Positions 42,139 to 56,640 of a stretch of 64,000 nucleotides of DNA are shown here, piece by piece. The notes beneath the pieces were generated by a model, which was not told the DNA's origin, ran no database searches, and saw only the letters and a list, made by a program, of their open reading frames with translations. This DNA comes from Eledone cirrhosa (Eukaryota), in contig OZ024741.1 in NCBI GenBank assembly GCA_964016885.1, forward strand, positions 130,758,001 through 130,822,000, read 5' to 3'. The number at the start of each line of letters is the position of its first letter. Within the stretch, counting starts at the first letter, position 1. The translations under genes and the position numbers were made by a program.

Positions 42139-42354
42139 ATAATGGTTTCTGATTTAGGAACAAGATCAACAATTTGGGGAGGAGGGGAAATTGATTAAAT
42201 CTACCCCAATGCATTATTGATACTTTATCTTATCGACCCCCGTACGGCTGAAAGGCAAAGCTCGGTGGAATTTGAACTCAGAACATAAAGGGCCTAACTC
42301 TATGGCGCAGAGAATGTTCTTCGACGATCTACCGACACTGTCAATCTACCGCCC
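42139..42354 (-). mobile_element. SINE family 1 (long subfamily)
   Basis: Full copy; flanked by the duplication gattaat(c/t)aaataat. Confidence 0.85.
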
Positions 42355-42408
42355 GTGATTAATTAAATAATAGATATTTTGCACAGCACAGGTATTTACT
42401 TGCTTGAT

Positions 42409-42810
42409 TCAGTGGAATGATACGTAATATCCCCCCCCCCCCACAGCCCCGGTGGACAGAATGGAGAAGGCGTTTCCCCAGAGGACGGCAAGGGAGACGC
42501 GCTGGAAAAGCCACTCCAACTCACAGGGCTCACACCTGCGGGTGTCCAGCTCAGTGTCTATGGTGGTGAGCATGGAGGTAGCCCTAGGGCCGAGGACACC
42601 AGAAGTCTCCACTCCCAAGAGTACAACCGCAAACCTGTCGGAGAGCGACCGGTATTTGAGGAGTTTGGCCTCCTCAGCCCGACGTGCAGCAGAACCTGGG
42701 TAAGTCGCAGACTGCACCAGGTTGCGGCTGCAGAAAGTGTCGGTGCAAAGGGCGAACCAGACAAAGGGTTTGCCACCGCGGAACGGGAAGATGGTCATGC
42801 CATCTGGCCG
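42409..42810 (-). pseudogene. CRE-like non-LTR retrotransposon REL endonuclease 3' fragment
   Basis: RPDGMTIFPFRGGKPFVW...CTDT...AEEAKLLKY..L...GVETSGVLG...LFQRVSLAV..GNA. Confidence 0.8.
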
Positions 42811-42959
42811 TACTTTGAAACTGTAGTTATAACTACATTAAATTTATCTCAGAATTTTCTCATATAAACTGCTTTGTGCATAAATATTTATTATTTTGTT
42901 AATCACGCTGACAATAAAAGCACATTATACAGATTTGACCGACCTTGAGAACTTTCCTG

Positions 42960-43180
42960 TAAACAATGTCGTTGCATTCGACATCATCAAAGCTTTTGAC
43001 CGTGTCTTGCATACTAAATATAGCTAAATTGTTTTCTTCTGTGGTTGTATTTACCTCACGTCTCTTAGATCGGCGGTTTTATATCAGTCCGCACCATCGT
43101 GACATGTACTGATAGGAAACTCTTTTACTAGTAAATTTATCAACTGTTTTTTTTCCCCAAAAGTTTGGTTTTTCCCATCT
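42960..43180 (+). mobile_element. CR1/Jockey-group RT remnant
   Basis: VVAFDIIKAFDRVLH at ~42968-43012; the rest is degraded. Confidence 0.55.
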
Positions 43181-44093
43181 CACTCTCCAAACTTTCACCC
43201 ACATACCAGTGGTAACCTTTATCTACCTTTTCTGCCACTATTATAATGGCAGCTGCTCCTTTAAGCTAGTTGTTCTTGTGCTACTGCAGTCCAGACAGTG
43301 CCAGCCCACTCGTCTCTCCTTCATTCATCAGGCCCAATATATGTCTCACCCCTACCCCAGACTCACTTTAACCACAGTTTTGTCACCCCTTTCGTCCCAG
43401 AACATTACCCCACTTAAAATCTTTCCACGACCATTTGTTACTGTTTAGCCTTAGATCATACTTCGTAGACCCACGTCAAATGCACGCCAGCCTCAACACT
43501 CCATTTTTTAAAAATTCAAACAAAGAATGATATAATTCTAGCTGATACTTCGATTTAAAAATGATTACGTGAAATTTGTAGGAGACTTTGCTACTATTTC
43601 TAGAAGGTTAAACACTCACGTAGAAGATGGATCTATTGTTAACTCACTCCGTTCCTCGCATGTTATTCTCACATCAACCGCCTTGCAACTACAACTATGC
43701 AGTTGGAACTTACACCACATCAGTCTCAGCGATTTCGAAGGGACTGAGAAGTCTATTGTTTTGACCCACTCATACACAACAAACAACATGACATCCCAAC
43801 AAAACATATCATGATGAAACAACGATGGTATATGTACCTGGTTGCTCGATCTGCAAGAAAGAGTAGCTATATCTCCCTCAAATCAGACTAATCTGTTTCA
43901 AATAATGAGGGATATATATATATATGTAACAACGTCAGGAACACTGACCTAATGATTTTGACAAAAACAAAACAAAAGGGTGACACAATGTAAAATGTAA
44001 TCATGTATATAGAAACAAATTAGATTGTCACGGTTGGAACGCCTTTGATCATATGTTTGCTTACGGGCATTTGATCATATCTACAACTCCTAA

Positions 44094-44345
44094 CCACCAC
44101 CAAACCCACCACCACCACCACTACGACGACCACCACCACAGCAACCACCTCCACCCACCACCACCACAGCAACCACCTCCACCCCACCACCACCACCATT
44201 ATCACCACCATTATCACCACTGCCACAACCACCACAACTACTGTCACTAGACCCCTACTTCCCGCCACCACTTCTACTAACACCACCTCCTCCATTAACT
44301 CCAGAACACCCCCCCCACTTCGTCACCATTACCACTTATCCACCA
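44094..44345. repeat. Degenerate (CAC)n tract, followed by (GA)n at 44426-44481
   Basis: Directly visible. Confidence 0.85.
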
Positions 44346-44421
44346 AGTGCCGTGGGATAATCATTTAGGCGTGGCTTAATTGACCACAGTATGGTGTCTT
44401 ATTACCAAGGCGTTGGTCAAT

Positions 44422-44484
<63 letters not shown>

Positions 44485-44657
44485 TGGAAGGAAAACTGGG
44501 AGAGAGGGAGATGGAAAGGGAGAGAGGGAGAAAAGAGAGATGTGACGGTGAAATTAGTTAACACGCTTGCAAGTGGAGCACCATCAGCACCGTCACAACC
44601 CCAACGCTTACCAACACCAACACCACCATCAACACCAGTAACACAACCGTCACCACC

Positions 44658-45056
44658 TTCACTCAGCTCAAAAAATAGGAGTTGCATCTGTGATTCAAAG
44701 GGCCAGAGTTTGAGGGATAAATCCTAAAGAACCGTTCTTTCTATTCGATGTATTACACCCTGAATACAAATCTATAATACTACTATATTTTTTCCCAAAT
44801 TGTGTTCTTCAAAATATGAGAGCGTCTAATACACCAGTGTCGGAGTAAAATTTACAATGACAATTATTAATAGAACATATCTTATTTTCGGCTTACAAAA
44901 GACGCTCTCATATTTTTGGAAAAAAATATAGTAGCATTTAAAAATGTTTATTCAGTGCGTAATATACTGAGTATAAAGAACGGTTCTTTAGGTAATATCT
45001 CTCAAATGTTGGCACTTTGAATTACACATACAACTTATTTTGTTCAGTTGAGTGAA
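44658..45056. mobile_element. ~400-bp imperfect palindrome (MITE/fold-back-like)
   Basis: Arms pair from ttcactcagct/agttgagtgaa inward through cctaaagaaccgttcttt/aaagaacggttctttagg and atatgagagcgtct/agacgctctcatat. Confidence 0.75.
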
Positions 45057-45835
45057 CTGGAGCAACGTGAAATTAACTCTCAAGGAGAAGAGCCGAGGTC
45101 TAAAATCCATATTAACATCATACGAGACCCAGATAATAACATTGAAGCAACATCTTCAACAGAAGAAAAAGATTAGCAGTCATCTCACTCAGGTTTTTGA
45201 GCATGAAAATAACAAAATTTTTAGGATAGCCACTGATTTAGAAGGGAGACAGGAAATAAAACCTGATATAAATCTCTCCCTGAGAAGCATTAGAAAACTC
45301 TACGTAATGGTTAAACAAAATAAAAATATGGGCCAATTCACAGAGAAAGTTGTTCATGGGTACTTGAGAGGAAACACGCAGGTTATGGATGGAATAAACA
45401 ATACTAAAAGCCTGACATGGAATTCTGACAAATACATAAGATCCCACCTTAAAGGATACCTTCATGCAATCTCCACCAAGTACCAACTGTATAAAAGAGG
45501 AAAGTCTTCAGTTGACAATAAATGTAAGCTGATCAAAACAAAGACCGAAGATGTTAGCCACAATATTGCACACTGTGAAAAACATTTCTTCTCATTACTA
45601 CCTCTCCATGATAGCCAGAACAATCTGGAAAGCATTTCAGAAGATGAAAGTAAAAACATATAAGAAGGAATATGTTAAGACTGATAGTTCAAAGGTTTGC
45701 TGGTAGAACCTAAAAATAAAAGTCACCACCGGCCTAATATTCTTGTTTGGGACCACACATTACAAGCACGCTCCGTTGTAGATGTCAGCTGCCCACTTAG
45801 TGTCAATGTATTTTTTCTTATCATTTATTTCACTA

Positions 45836-45877
45836 ATGTACTGGGTATTTGCTGGCCTTGTGCCTAAAGTAGAAACA
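45836..45877 (+). mobile_element. 5'-truncated SINE family 1 tail with a 13-bp TSD
   Basis: atttatttcacta occurs at 45823-45835 and 45878-45890. Confidence 0.8.
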
Positions 45878-45890
45878 ATTTATTTCACTA

Positions 45891-46510
45891 GCAGTGTATA
45901 AATTTAAAATTTAAAAAGGTGCATAAAACAAAAAAAGCATGATACACTATTTACAAAGAAGAGAATAAAAAGTTCTTAATGGAATGAATTGGTTTATTAT
46001 TGAGAATGCACTGATCAGGTTAGTGAGGCCAGCGAAAAAGATTGTAGTAAAAAAACTCATCCTTTTCATAACGGTCTGTAAAAGGAACACTTTATGCAAA
46101 GTAATTTTATATTTTATTTACAAATTTTGAAATATTTTTGTTAATGTTACTACAAATGGTAGGTTTGTTGATTACTCAACAATATCTTTTTGATATATCT
46201 TTTTACATCTTTTGGGTCTAGAAGAGTAGCATCGTTGCACACAAAATAGGGATAGCTGAATTAATTAAATGTTGTTATTGCATAACTATTACATTTGAAT
46301 AGAATGTCCTAGAATACTTCAGCGGATAATAGTGAATATTCTTTATGAATTTTTCTTGAACACATTTTGGTGTAGAGTTGTGATAAACTTTGAACATTAG
46401 TTTTAAGTGTGCAACCGAATTTGGTAGTTTGGATTCTATGGCTTGAATGTGCAATTTCCAATTCAAATTTTCGTTAATAAGAATTCCTAGAAAGTTTGTA
46501 AATCTGTACA
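45891..46510 (-). mobile_element. L2/Daphne/Crack-like LINE 3' remnant nested in the R4 copy
   Basis: FLGILINENLNWKLHIQAIESKL (RT C-terminal motif). Confidence 0.6.
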
Positions 46511-47610
46511 AGATATATGCTCAGCTTCACACTCGTCAATATTGGAGCTACAGGTTACATATCAACCCGCATGGACCAGAGTTTAACTGAACTTTGATTG
46601 GTGGAGAAAGAATGCAGCTCTTTAATTCATACGCTACAAATTGTCGCGATATCTGGAACCTTGAACGACGGAAATTTGCTTTTCTTTACAACCTTGCCAC
46701 CGGGAAGGTGGCCAACCAAAAATAAACTCAAAATTAAGAAACATACATACATACATACATACATACATACATACATACATACATACATACATACATACAT
46801 ACATACACACACGCACACACACACACACACACACATACATACATACATACATACATACATACATACATACATACATACATACATACATACATACATACAT
46901 ACACACTTATTCATGTATACAATTGTGTTAAAACTACAATAAGTCAGATACAAATTGCTATTGTCAACATTGCCAATCCAGAAGGCAACAATGCAAGTTC
47001 TCATGATGGCCACTAACCTATCTGAACTTTAACCTCTTTTTCTATATGCCATTTTTTGTTTTCTACTTTTTCATCTTCAATGTTTCAGGCTTTTTGCCCT
47101 GGTTTTTAGTTGTTTTTTTCTTCTTGTAATGTTTTGTGTTGTTTTTTTTTTTGGTGGGGTAGGAGTAGGAGGAGAACAATTACTTCATCCGCTGATTTTT
47201 ACATGGAAATGCTCTCCTCCCTTCTCTTTCCAGGCCCTCCTACCATCATTAGAATATCATTGCGTAATCAGAGACCGGATGCCCTACTCTCCGAAAACGG
47301 ATGACTCCTTGTGTTGAATATGAATGGTTCACTGAACAGGGGTGGTAGTGTTAGAGGTGGTGACGGTAGTGGTGGTTGGTGGTGGTTGATGGTAGTTGGT
47401 GGTGGTTGGTGGTGGTTGGTGGTGCTAAGGGGGCGAGGAAATAATATGTAAGAGACGAGAAGAGCCGAGATCGAGGAAGGGAGTGAAAGAGAGATAAAAG
47501 AGATAAGAGATAGATATGAGAATGAAATTATAAATGGAATGAAAAAGAAGGAAAGAATAAGGTGAGAGGCGTGAGAGAAAGTGTTATATAAGTGAGTGAG
47601 TGGAACGTTG

Positions 47611-47670
<60 letters not shown>

Positions 47671-49079
47671 GAGAGAGAGAGAGAAAGAATAGTAGCCAAA
47701 TGAATGGAAAGATGGTGCGATAGAAATAGATAGATAGCTGTAAGTTCGGTTTTGAAATCTATATCTATATCTATATATATATGTGTATGTAGATATGCAT
47801 ACACACACACACACACACTCACACTCACACACACACATACACTCACACTCACACACACTCTCACATACACATACACACTCACTCACATACATACATACAC
47901 ACACACGTATATATGATTATATATATATATAGGATAAATGTAATGTAGTTATATCTGTAGTTTAGATGATGCCACGCTGTGAAATTCTGAACAAATGTGA
48001 AAAACTGTGATTGCATCGAACACAAACTCGATCGTAACTGAAATAGCCCTTCTAATTTACATAATATGCAAATGATTCGAATGGGAAGATGTGAGAATGA
48101 GCATGTCCTCCATATATTTGTAGAAGAAGGAAGAAGTCACGGAACGAAGTGGTTAGTGTATCGTCTCACGATCATAAGGTTGTCAGTTCAATTACCGGTG
48201 CTGTGTTGTGTCCGTCAGCAAGCCACTTTATTCCACATTGCTCCAGTTAGAAAACTGAATTGTACCTGCAATTTAAAGGACTAACGTTGCCAAACTCTAT
48301 GTCACGCTGTATACCTCACCCTACCCCACACTCGAGACATACAAGCAAGCTGTTCCCTACTCTGAAGAACTGGAACACTCGTCGTTGGTATCGACGGAGG
48401 TCCAGCACACTCATATTGAAGAAGGAATAAAGCTGTTATTTTCTTGATTATTCAGTCTTCCAACTGGTTGTAACTAGTGATGACCACTTGGCCTGACAGA
48501 CTAGATCCCGTAAAATATGGTGAAAAAGGATTGATGATTATCGACAACATTACAACCGAAACAGTAAAGTTACGATGATATCATGCAGTTTACTTTATCT
48601 GTAGTTTGACAGCTTGTAGAGCATATAATGAGGGACAGAGATATACGAACGCGGTCGAGGCCGAAAGCATCCATGTTGTATTTAAGTATATTGGGATTGA
48701 ATTGATGGCGTGCTTCAATGACATCATCATAGCTATTGTGTGCCTATAAAAGATTAGAAACGTAAGCTTTAGGATCCGTTTGAAGAGCCAGAGAATCTTG
48801 TATAAAGTTCCTTTTAAGCAGGAAAAACTGGGTCTGATCCTAAGTTTGAATACAAGTTTATGTATTTCGAAGTGATGATAGAGGAGAATATCCACAAAAT
48901 CACAAGCCAAGCATTAACAACCGGCTAAAATTGAATGAGGCCCAGTGGTTGTTACAAATGAATGTATAGTTCCACCATCTTTATTGTTCACTTAACATAC
49001 CGAAAAAGCGTATCTTACTAAAATTGTTAGGACTAAATAAATATTCCTAAGGTAACATTTCAATATTAATGCTCTTGTT

Positions 49080-49290
49080 TTCCAGAATCGTGAGGACGCG
49101 GGACAAAATGCTTCGTAATGATTGGGTACCGTTCTTTACCTTCTGAATTCAAATCACGCCGTACTTAACTTTGCCTTTCCTCCTTCTGGGGTTGATAAAA
49201 GAAAATACTACTCAACTACTGGGGTTGGTATAATCAAGCTTACCGTCCCTTCGAAATTACTGGCCTTTTGCCAAAATTAGAAATCAATAG
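49080..49290 (+). mobile_element. Diverged SINE family 1 copy
   Basis: Core ttgcctttcctccttctggggttgataaa and tail tggccttttgccaaaattagaaa. Confidence 0.75.
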
Positions 49291-49438
49291 TAGAAACAAT
49301 TCTTGATATTCAATATTGATAAACATTGATAGTCTAATGTAACAATTTGTTTTAAATATATTCCGCAATGTTTCTGGCAAACTACAACACACACACAATT
49401 ATATATATAAATAAATAAATATATATGTGTGCGTGTGT

Positions 49439-49529
<91 letters not shown>

Positions 49530-49704
49530 ATATATATATATATATATATTTCACTAACTATTGGTACACACGATTTTTGGATCAGATTCCGAAATATCTG
49601 AAAAGGCAGGCCAATGAGCGCATATTGCAATAAGTATGGGTATAGCACAACATGACTGGCTTTGTTCTCCTCCAGCTATGGATATAGTAGACCAAATTAT
49701 ACTA

Positions 49705-49787
<83 letters not shown>

Positions 49788-49788
<1 letters not shown>

Positions 49789-50655
49789 GAGGTGTGTCAG
49801 AAAAGAACCTGGACTGAGATGGCAAAAAATCTTTCAAATCTAAACTACAAACTACAGATTTTCCCCTTCGAAATAAATCCCCTCGAGTCTAACGCACTTC
49901 CCAATCCTTCTTCTCCACACCTCCATGCACTCCTGGAAGTATTCTCCCGGGATTCTCCACTGCTTCATCATTACGGCCTTCTTTGATGGCTTCCGCATCT
50001 GGAAAAAGGGGCCTATTGAAGACCTTATTGGGATTGGGGAAAAGGAAAAGCGTCTGGTTCGGTTTAAAGATGCTCGAGGATGTCATAACACACCTGCATG
50101 CGCCGCCCCTTATGGTCATCGTTCAGTAGCTTCGGCACAATCTTCGCGAGACATCTTCCGCATAACCTAATCTTCTATGATAATCTTTCAGGCATTGTCG
50201 CAGTTCATGCCTAGCTCACTTGCTATTACTTGAATAGTCAGCTGACGATCGCTACTCCCCACCTGCCTCATGCGCTCAACGTTGGCCTCAGTCCTGCTCG
50301 TTGAAGACTTTCCGCTCCTGGGGGTCGTTTTTCACGCCCTCACATACCTCTTTCAAAGTTTTGTGCCACTCTAAAGCCGTGACTTGCTGCAGTATTCCGA
50401 GTGCTTCTGAAGGAGTTTTCCCTAATCGGACCAGAAACTTTAGGCTGGTTCGTTGCTTTGTACCCATCACTTGCCGGCCCAAAATTGAGGACCTGTTAAC
50501 AAAAGCGCGTAAAAAAACATACAGTGGCTGTAGGGAACTGAAATTGCAGTTATATACTCCCCTGATATTACGTCACACAGTGATGCAACCCACCAATCCT
50601 TCCCACTCATATCTCACACAGCACACTAAGCCCTGTTACTTTTTGACACACCTCA
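49788..50655 (-). mobile_element. Internally deleted mariner transposon
   Basis: TIRs cgaggtgtgtcagaaaag / ctttttgacacacctca with TA on both sides. The N-terminal HTH remnant QRTSLKFLVRLGKTPSEA is on the minus strand. Confidence 0.85.
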
Positions 50656-51499
50656 TATATATATACGTATATATATGTATGCATAGACAGATAGGGATAA
50701 TATATATATATATATATATATATATAGATATATATATGTGTGTGTGTGTGTGTGTGTATTTTTGTATTCTTCTATATATGTATGTAGTGAAAGCGATTAG
50801 TTTAGAGGTTAATGTGCTGGACTCACAATTGTATGGCCATGATTTCGATTCCAGGAGCTGGCGGCGCGTGGTGTTCGAATATGTTACTTTATTTCCCGTG
50901 GCCTCTGTGCACTTAGCTGGGAAACTGAGTTACGATAACATCATTGGTAGCGTAGAGAGACTGATCAGCACATTTAGAACATATAGACATTTGCCGCCTC
51001 TTTTTTGTCTTACTTTTACTTGTGTTTCATGAATTTTAATAACAATTTTAGAATGTTTTGTCAGGTTTTAGCGTTTGTGTGTGACAGACGGACAAAAAAA
51101 AAACAAAAAAAAAAAAAACAGTTATTATAATATAGATTGTTTTTCGATTTCTTTCCCAGATTTTCAAGTTGTTTTCCCGCTAATTCGTAAAAGTTCATGC
51201 AGTGATCGTTTCTTTAGTTTCGAGCGTTGTATTTGCTGTTTCTGTATTCTGACTTGTTCATGGTAGGGAGTTCGGATTAGCAGATGTCATTTTCTCATTT
51301 TCTTATAGTTGGGACTGGTGATACAATATTTTGCAGTTCATGACAGTATTTATTTTGAAATATTGCGTATGTTTGAATTATTAAGTTATTTAGAAACAGT
51401 AATCTAATGGACGGATGAAGGACGTTTAGAATGGTATGAAATATTTATAGTTTCCCATTTATTTTATCAAAATATAAAGCATTATTCGAGAAAGCATTT

Positions 51500-51883
51500 G
51501 AATAGCATATTCTTTAAAGTTTTGTTCAAATGTTTTCTCCTAAAACTCACATCACAGAGACAGTGTATAAAAGCCACTTTTGTACTCAGAGCTATTCAAT
51601 TTAACTAACTATACATTTTCCCATCAATGTTAAAGCTGCTTTCCTCTAATATTAAGTGCAGGGCTTTGATGATAAAATATGTTTTAAAGCATTCGTTTAT
51701 CAAGTCGCTGTTTTTCTACGCAGTACCTGATAGGTGTTAGGCTTAATGGATGTGATATGTCAGTATAAAGACATGTTACATAGTATCTTCTTAAGATAGT
51801 GCCCTCTTGAATGTATTTGAGAAGTTCCAAGTCAATTGGTACGTAGCGTGTGGTCTTTAAATATAGAGTGTTAGGTAGCAATG
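51500..51883 (-). mobile_element. Penelope-like RT remnant interrupted by a mariner
   Basis: YYVTCLYTDISH resembles the PLE motif DV.SLYTNI.H; degraded. Confidence 0.45.
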
Positions 51884-51885
51884 TA

Positions 51886-53130
51886 CGAGGATGGGTTGAA
51901 CAATTCATAGGCTGTCTATGAAGGTAATGCTAGATTTGTGAAGCCTTGCATGCATTAATTTCAAATCTTATTAATAACTACATTGTTTCTTTCCATGTAA
52001 ACTGATATCTTACTGTTCAATGAAGGCTTCAAAAGTAACTAGTAGCGATTTCTCTTGAAAATAGACATAATTTGGCATGATAGTGTTATCAAATATCTAC
52101 AGAAAAAGGGTTTAGCCCCCAAGGACATTCGTGTTAATAGGGTTGCTACATTAGGAGATGAGGCTCCAGCTTTAACAACAGTCCAAAAGTGTGCAACTGA
52201 ATTTATGAGAGGAAGAGAGAGTCTTCAAGATGACCCAAGGTCTGGACCTCCTGTAAACACGAAGAAAAGCATTGATAGTGTTCACCACAAGATGATAAAT
52301 GACATTGCTATTAATATATCCCATGAGAGAGTTAAAAATATTATACTCAATAAACTTCGCTTGATGAAGTTTTCTGCTCGATGTGTGTCCCGTCTTCTAA
52401 CACTCGTTCAAAAGTGCATCAGGCTGATTACATCACGAGTAAATCTAACGTTATTTGAGGTAGATCCAGCAGGTTTCCTTGAATGTTTTCTAACTCAGGA
52501 TGCGCGTTGGGTTCATCACGTTGGGCCAGAGACAAAGAGACAATTCATGCACTGGAAACATGACTTCTTACCTTCTCCAAAGAAGGCCAAGGTCATTTCA
52601 TCTTCAGGGAAGGTGATGAGCTCATTTGTTGGTGATGCAAAAGTCATTCTGTTTATTGACTATCTTCAAAACGGCCACATCATGAATGGCGACTACTAGG
52701 CCAACTTGCTGAGGCAGTTAGGATTGGCTATCAAGAAAAAAACGCCCAGGAAAACTGATGAAAGGGGCCTTGTTTCATCATGACAATGTCCTTGGTTTCA
52801 ATGGCTGCTGTGCGTGACTGTGGCTTTGGAAGGGTTGCTCACCCTCCCTATTCCCCTGATTTGGCCTTATCTGACTACCATCTGTTCTCCAGCATGTAAA
52901 AAAACTTCGCTGAAAGCCAGTAACGTAGTGAAGATTACGTCATATCTGCTGTTGATGACTTTCTTTACTAACAGGATCAAGGCATCTTCACCAATGGTAT
53001 CCAAGCATTGCAACAGTGTTGGATGAAGTGTATGGACTGCAAGGAGGACTATGTTCCAAAACAAACCTCATTTAGTCATATTCCACGAGAAATATCTTTG
53101 TCAGCCTTTGAGATTTTCAACCGACCCTCG
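51886..53130 (+). mobile_element. Near-full-length mariner (1245 bp) with TA TSD
   Basis: TIRs cgaggatgggttgaacaattcataggctg / cagcctttgagattttcaaccgaccctcg; TA at 51884-51885 and 53131-53132. Confidence 0.92.
52055..53062 (+). pseudogene. Mariner DDD transposase, disrupted
   Basis: DDPRSGPP, CVSRLLT (WVPR-like), LTQDARWVH, FHHDN and PYSPDLALSDYHLF. Stop at 52697-52699 and frameshifts downstream. Confidence 0.88.
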
Positions 53131-53799
53131 TATAATTTGACACGGACGTTGTGTTGGTGTTTGGGTTTAAGATGTTTAAATGTATGTATATGGCTTGTCA
53201 TGTGTGTTCAAAGTCATCATACAATTAATAAAACTTGCCATGAGAGATGATTTAACATGTTTATACATAACTAAATCCACATAAATTTAAATTTCTAACG
53301 GTCATGCTTACATGTTATTCAGTTACATATATTCATAGAATGAAAAAAATAACACACTCATACATACATAATCATACATTAATGCATTTGTGAAGACGGT
53401 ATACTATTCTTCAAAGAGATCATAAATTATACAAACACACACATGTGTTTTATATATGTCTACAGAAAAGTAATGAGAAATACACACACATACATACACA
53501 CATACATACACACACACATACACACTCGCGTACACACACAATAGAACATGTCCATATATAAATCCATCAAACGTCACAAATATTCACGAGGATATAGAAT
53601 TTACAACAGAAAAAATGTTACACTCTATTTATGTGGATTACCTACAGAAAGACACACACACAGACACACACACATACTTACATCCATATATGTATGTATT
53701 TTGCACAAAATACATACACACACGCTTCCTTATATATCCATACACATATATGTAGATGTAGACGTGTATATATATATATATACACACATCTTTTTCCCT

Positions 53800-53913
<114 letters not shown>

Positions 53914-53976
53914 CATATATATATATATTATATATTATATATATATATATATGGCAACATGACCCTCCCAAAGTAT

Positions 53977-54021
<45 letters not shown>

Positions 54022-54133
54022 GTTTGTACCTTTGAAATATGTATAATAAAATATGTGTGTGTGTGTGTGCGTGTGTGTGTCTGTGTGTATATGTGTCGGT
54101 GTATGTATTTATGTGCATATACACATACACACA

Positions 54134-54228
<95 letters not shown>

Positions 54229-54695
54229 GCAAGATAACCCAAGTATATAATTACTTACTTCCATACATATTTTTCCATACATCCACACCTCCATCCATGA
54301 TAGAATTTACAATTACATAATGTCAGTGATCTTTGTAAAATATATAATTTAGACCCAAGGCCGAAATGTTCATTACAATTTCAAAGACCCAATGAAAGAG
54401 CGAATTACGATGCAGTGTGAAAACTTCACTTCGGTAAAGCTAAAATTATGACAGCCAGTGAATACGGCGTACATCATTATATTAATCTTTTCTCTATGTT
54501 GGACGCCATTTTCCCAATCATATTCATTCTGTATTTTGGTTCATAATTTATTATTTATGGTGTTTTTTCTTTTCCAATCATTTCTTTCTTATTGCGTTTA
54601 TTTATTTATCTTTTTATTATTTAAAAAATTTTTTTGTATATCATAATTATTGTTTTCTCGTCGGGAAAAATTGTCATCTGACAATATTTTGTATG

Positions 54696-55098
<403 letters not shown>

Positions 55099-55316
55099 CA
55101 TGTATGTGCGTTTGGTAGTGTGTATGAGGGCTCCATGTGTTTTCCTTTGTAGGCAGAAAATTGAAAATTTTGTGCACCGAAAGTTTTTTATCCTACAAAC
55201 TTACTCATACATAGATGAATGTATAGACACACACACGCGCACACACACATACACACACACGCACATATATATACATATATGTATGTATGTTTATATGTAT
55301 GTATGTAGATATCTAC

Positions 55317-55348
<32 letters not shown>

Positions 55349-55360
55349 GCACGCACACAC

Positions 55361-55402
<42 letters not shown>

Positions 55403-55589
55403 GTATATATATATATACATATTTATATATATGAATGTGTATATGTATGTATACATGTGTAACTATACAGATATACGTTTATACTATTTGAATACGCAAT
55501 ACTCTCTGATTCATCCACCTCATCTTCTTTACTCTTTTCCTCACTACTATTCTCTCAATTCCATTTTGTATCTCATCCTCCATTACAAC

Positions 55590-55662
<73 letters not shown>

Positions 55663-55894
55663 TCTACGCTCTCTCCTTCTCTCTCTACCCCCTCTCTCTC
55701 TCCATCTACGCTCTCTCTCTCTCGATTTCCTTTTTTCGGTTTCTTTTTTCTTTTTTTCTCTCTCTATCACCCCTTTCTCTCTTTCTCGCCTTTCTGTTTT
55801 CTTTCTTTCTCTCTCTCCCCATCTCTCCACCTTTCACTCTCTCTTTCTCTTTCTCTCTTTCTATTAGTTTCTCTCGCCCCCTCTTTCTCCCCAC

Positions 55895-55957
<63 letters not shown>
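55590..55957. repeat. (TC)n / polypyrimidine tract
   Basis: Directly visible. Confidence 0.9.
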
Positions 55958-55959
<2 letters not shown>

Positions 55960-56384
55960 CACATCTGTCTCATTCTATCATGGAACCTCCTCGCTCCCCC
56001 CTTCTCTATCGTATGACCTCAATAGAGTGCAAATGCACTGATATATACAGGATCTGTCACTCTTTCCCTTGTTGGTGTTGTTTTATTGTTGTCTATATTG
56101 TTGCTGTTGTTGGAGTTGTAGATAATGATGACGCTGATGTATCGCTGTGTGAGTGATGATGCCAGTAATAACAGCTAAAATCATTGTTTACGTATATGGT
56201 GTAATACGGTAAATATAGATACATAGAAGTACGTTGAATGTTAAGTTGAGAGAATAGAGATATAGGCAAATGGGCATGTAGACTTCAAAATAGATAGTAA
56301 TAGAGTGATAACCAGAAGTCTCTTTCTATCTATGTCTTACCCCCCCCCCCTCTCTCTCTATATATATATATATGTGTGTATATC

Positions 56385-56640
56385 AAGTAAGCTATAGCCA
56401 CAAAACCACACCTAGACCTTGCAAGGCGAGCGGGGTTTTACGCCCAACGAAGCTGAAGTAAGCTATAGTCACTGAACCACAGCTAGAGATTGCAAGGTGA
56501 GCGGGGTTTTACGCTCAGCGAAGCCGAAGTAAGCTATAGTCACAGAATCACAGCTAGAGTTTGGAAGGTGAGCGGCGCTTTACACCCAGCGAAGCCGAAG
56601 TAAGCTATAGCCACAGAACCATGGCTAAATCTTGCGGAGC
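56385..56640. repeat. 71-bp minisatellite, ~3.6 copies
   Basis: aagtaagctatag starts at 56385, 56456, 56527 and 56598. Confidence 0.92.

Larger units (their letters stand above)
45085..46741 (+). mobile_element. Second R4/Dong-like 3' fragment (same family as 33241), interrupted at ~45810-46510 and ending in (CATA)n
   Basis: RGLKSILTSYET...VHGYLR...DNKC matches 34836-35580. 46510-46741 matches the C-terminus and 3' UTR (ccttgccacc...aggtggcc). Confidence 0.85.

Noticed and set aside
44053-44250. His/Pro-rich ORF
   Set aside because: It is a degenerate (CAC)n simple repeat.
52055-52699. Active or domesticated (SETMAR-like) transposase
   Set aside because: It has a premature stop, frameshifts and decayed motifs, retains TIRs and a TA TSD, and has no SET domain.
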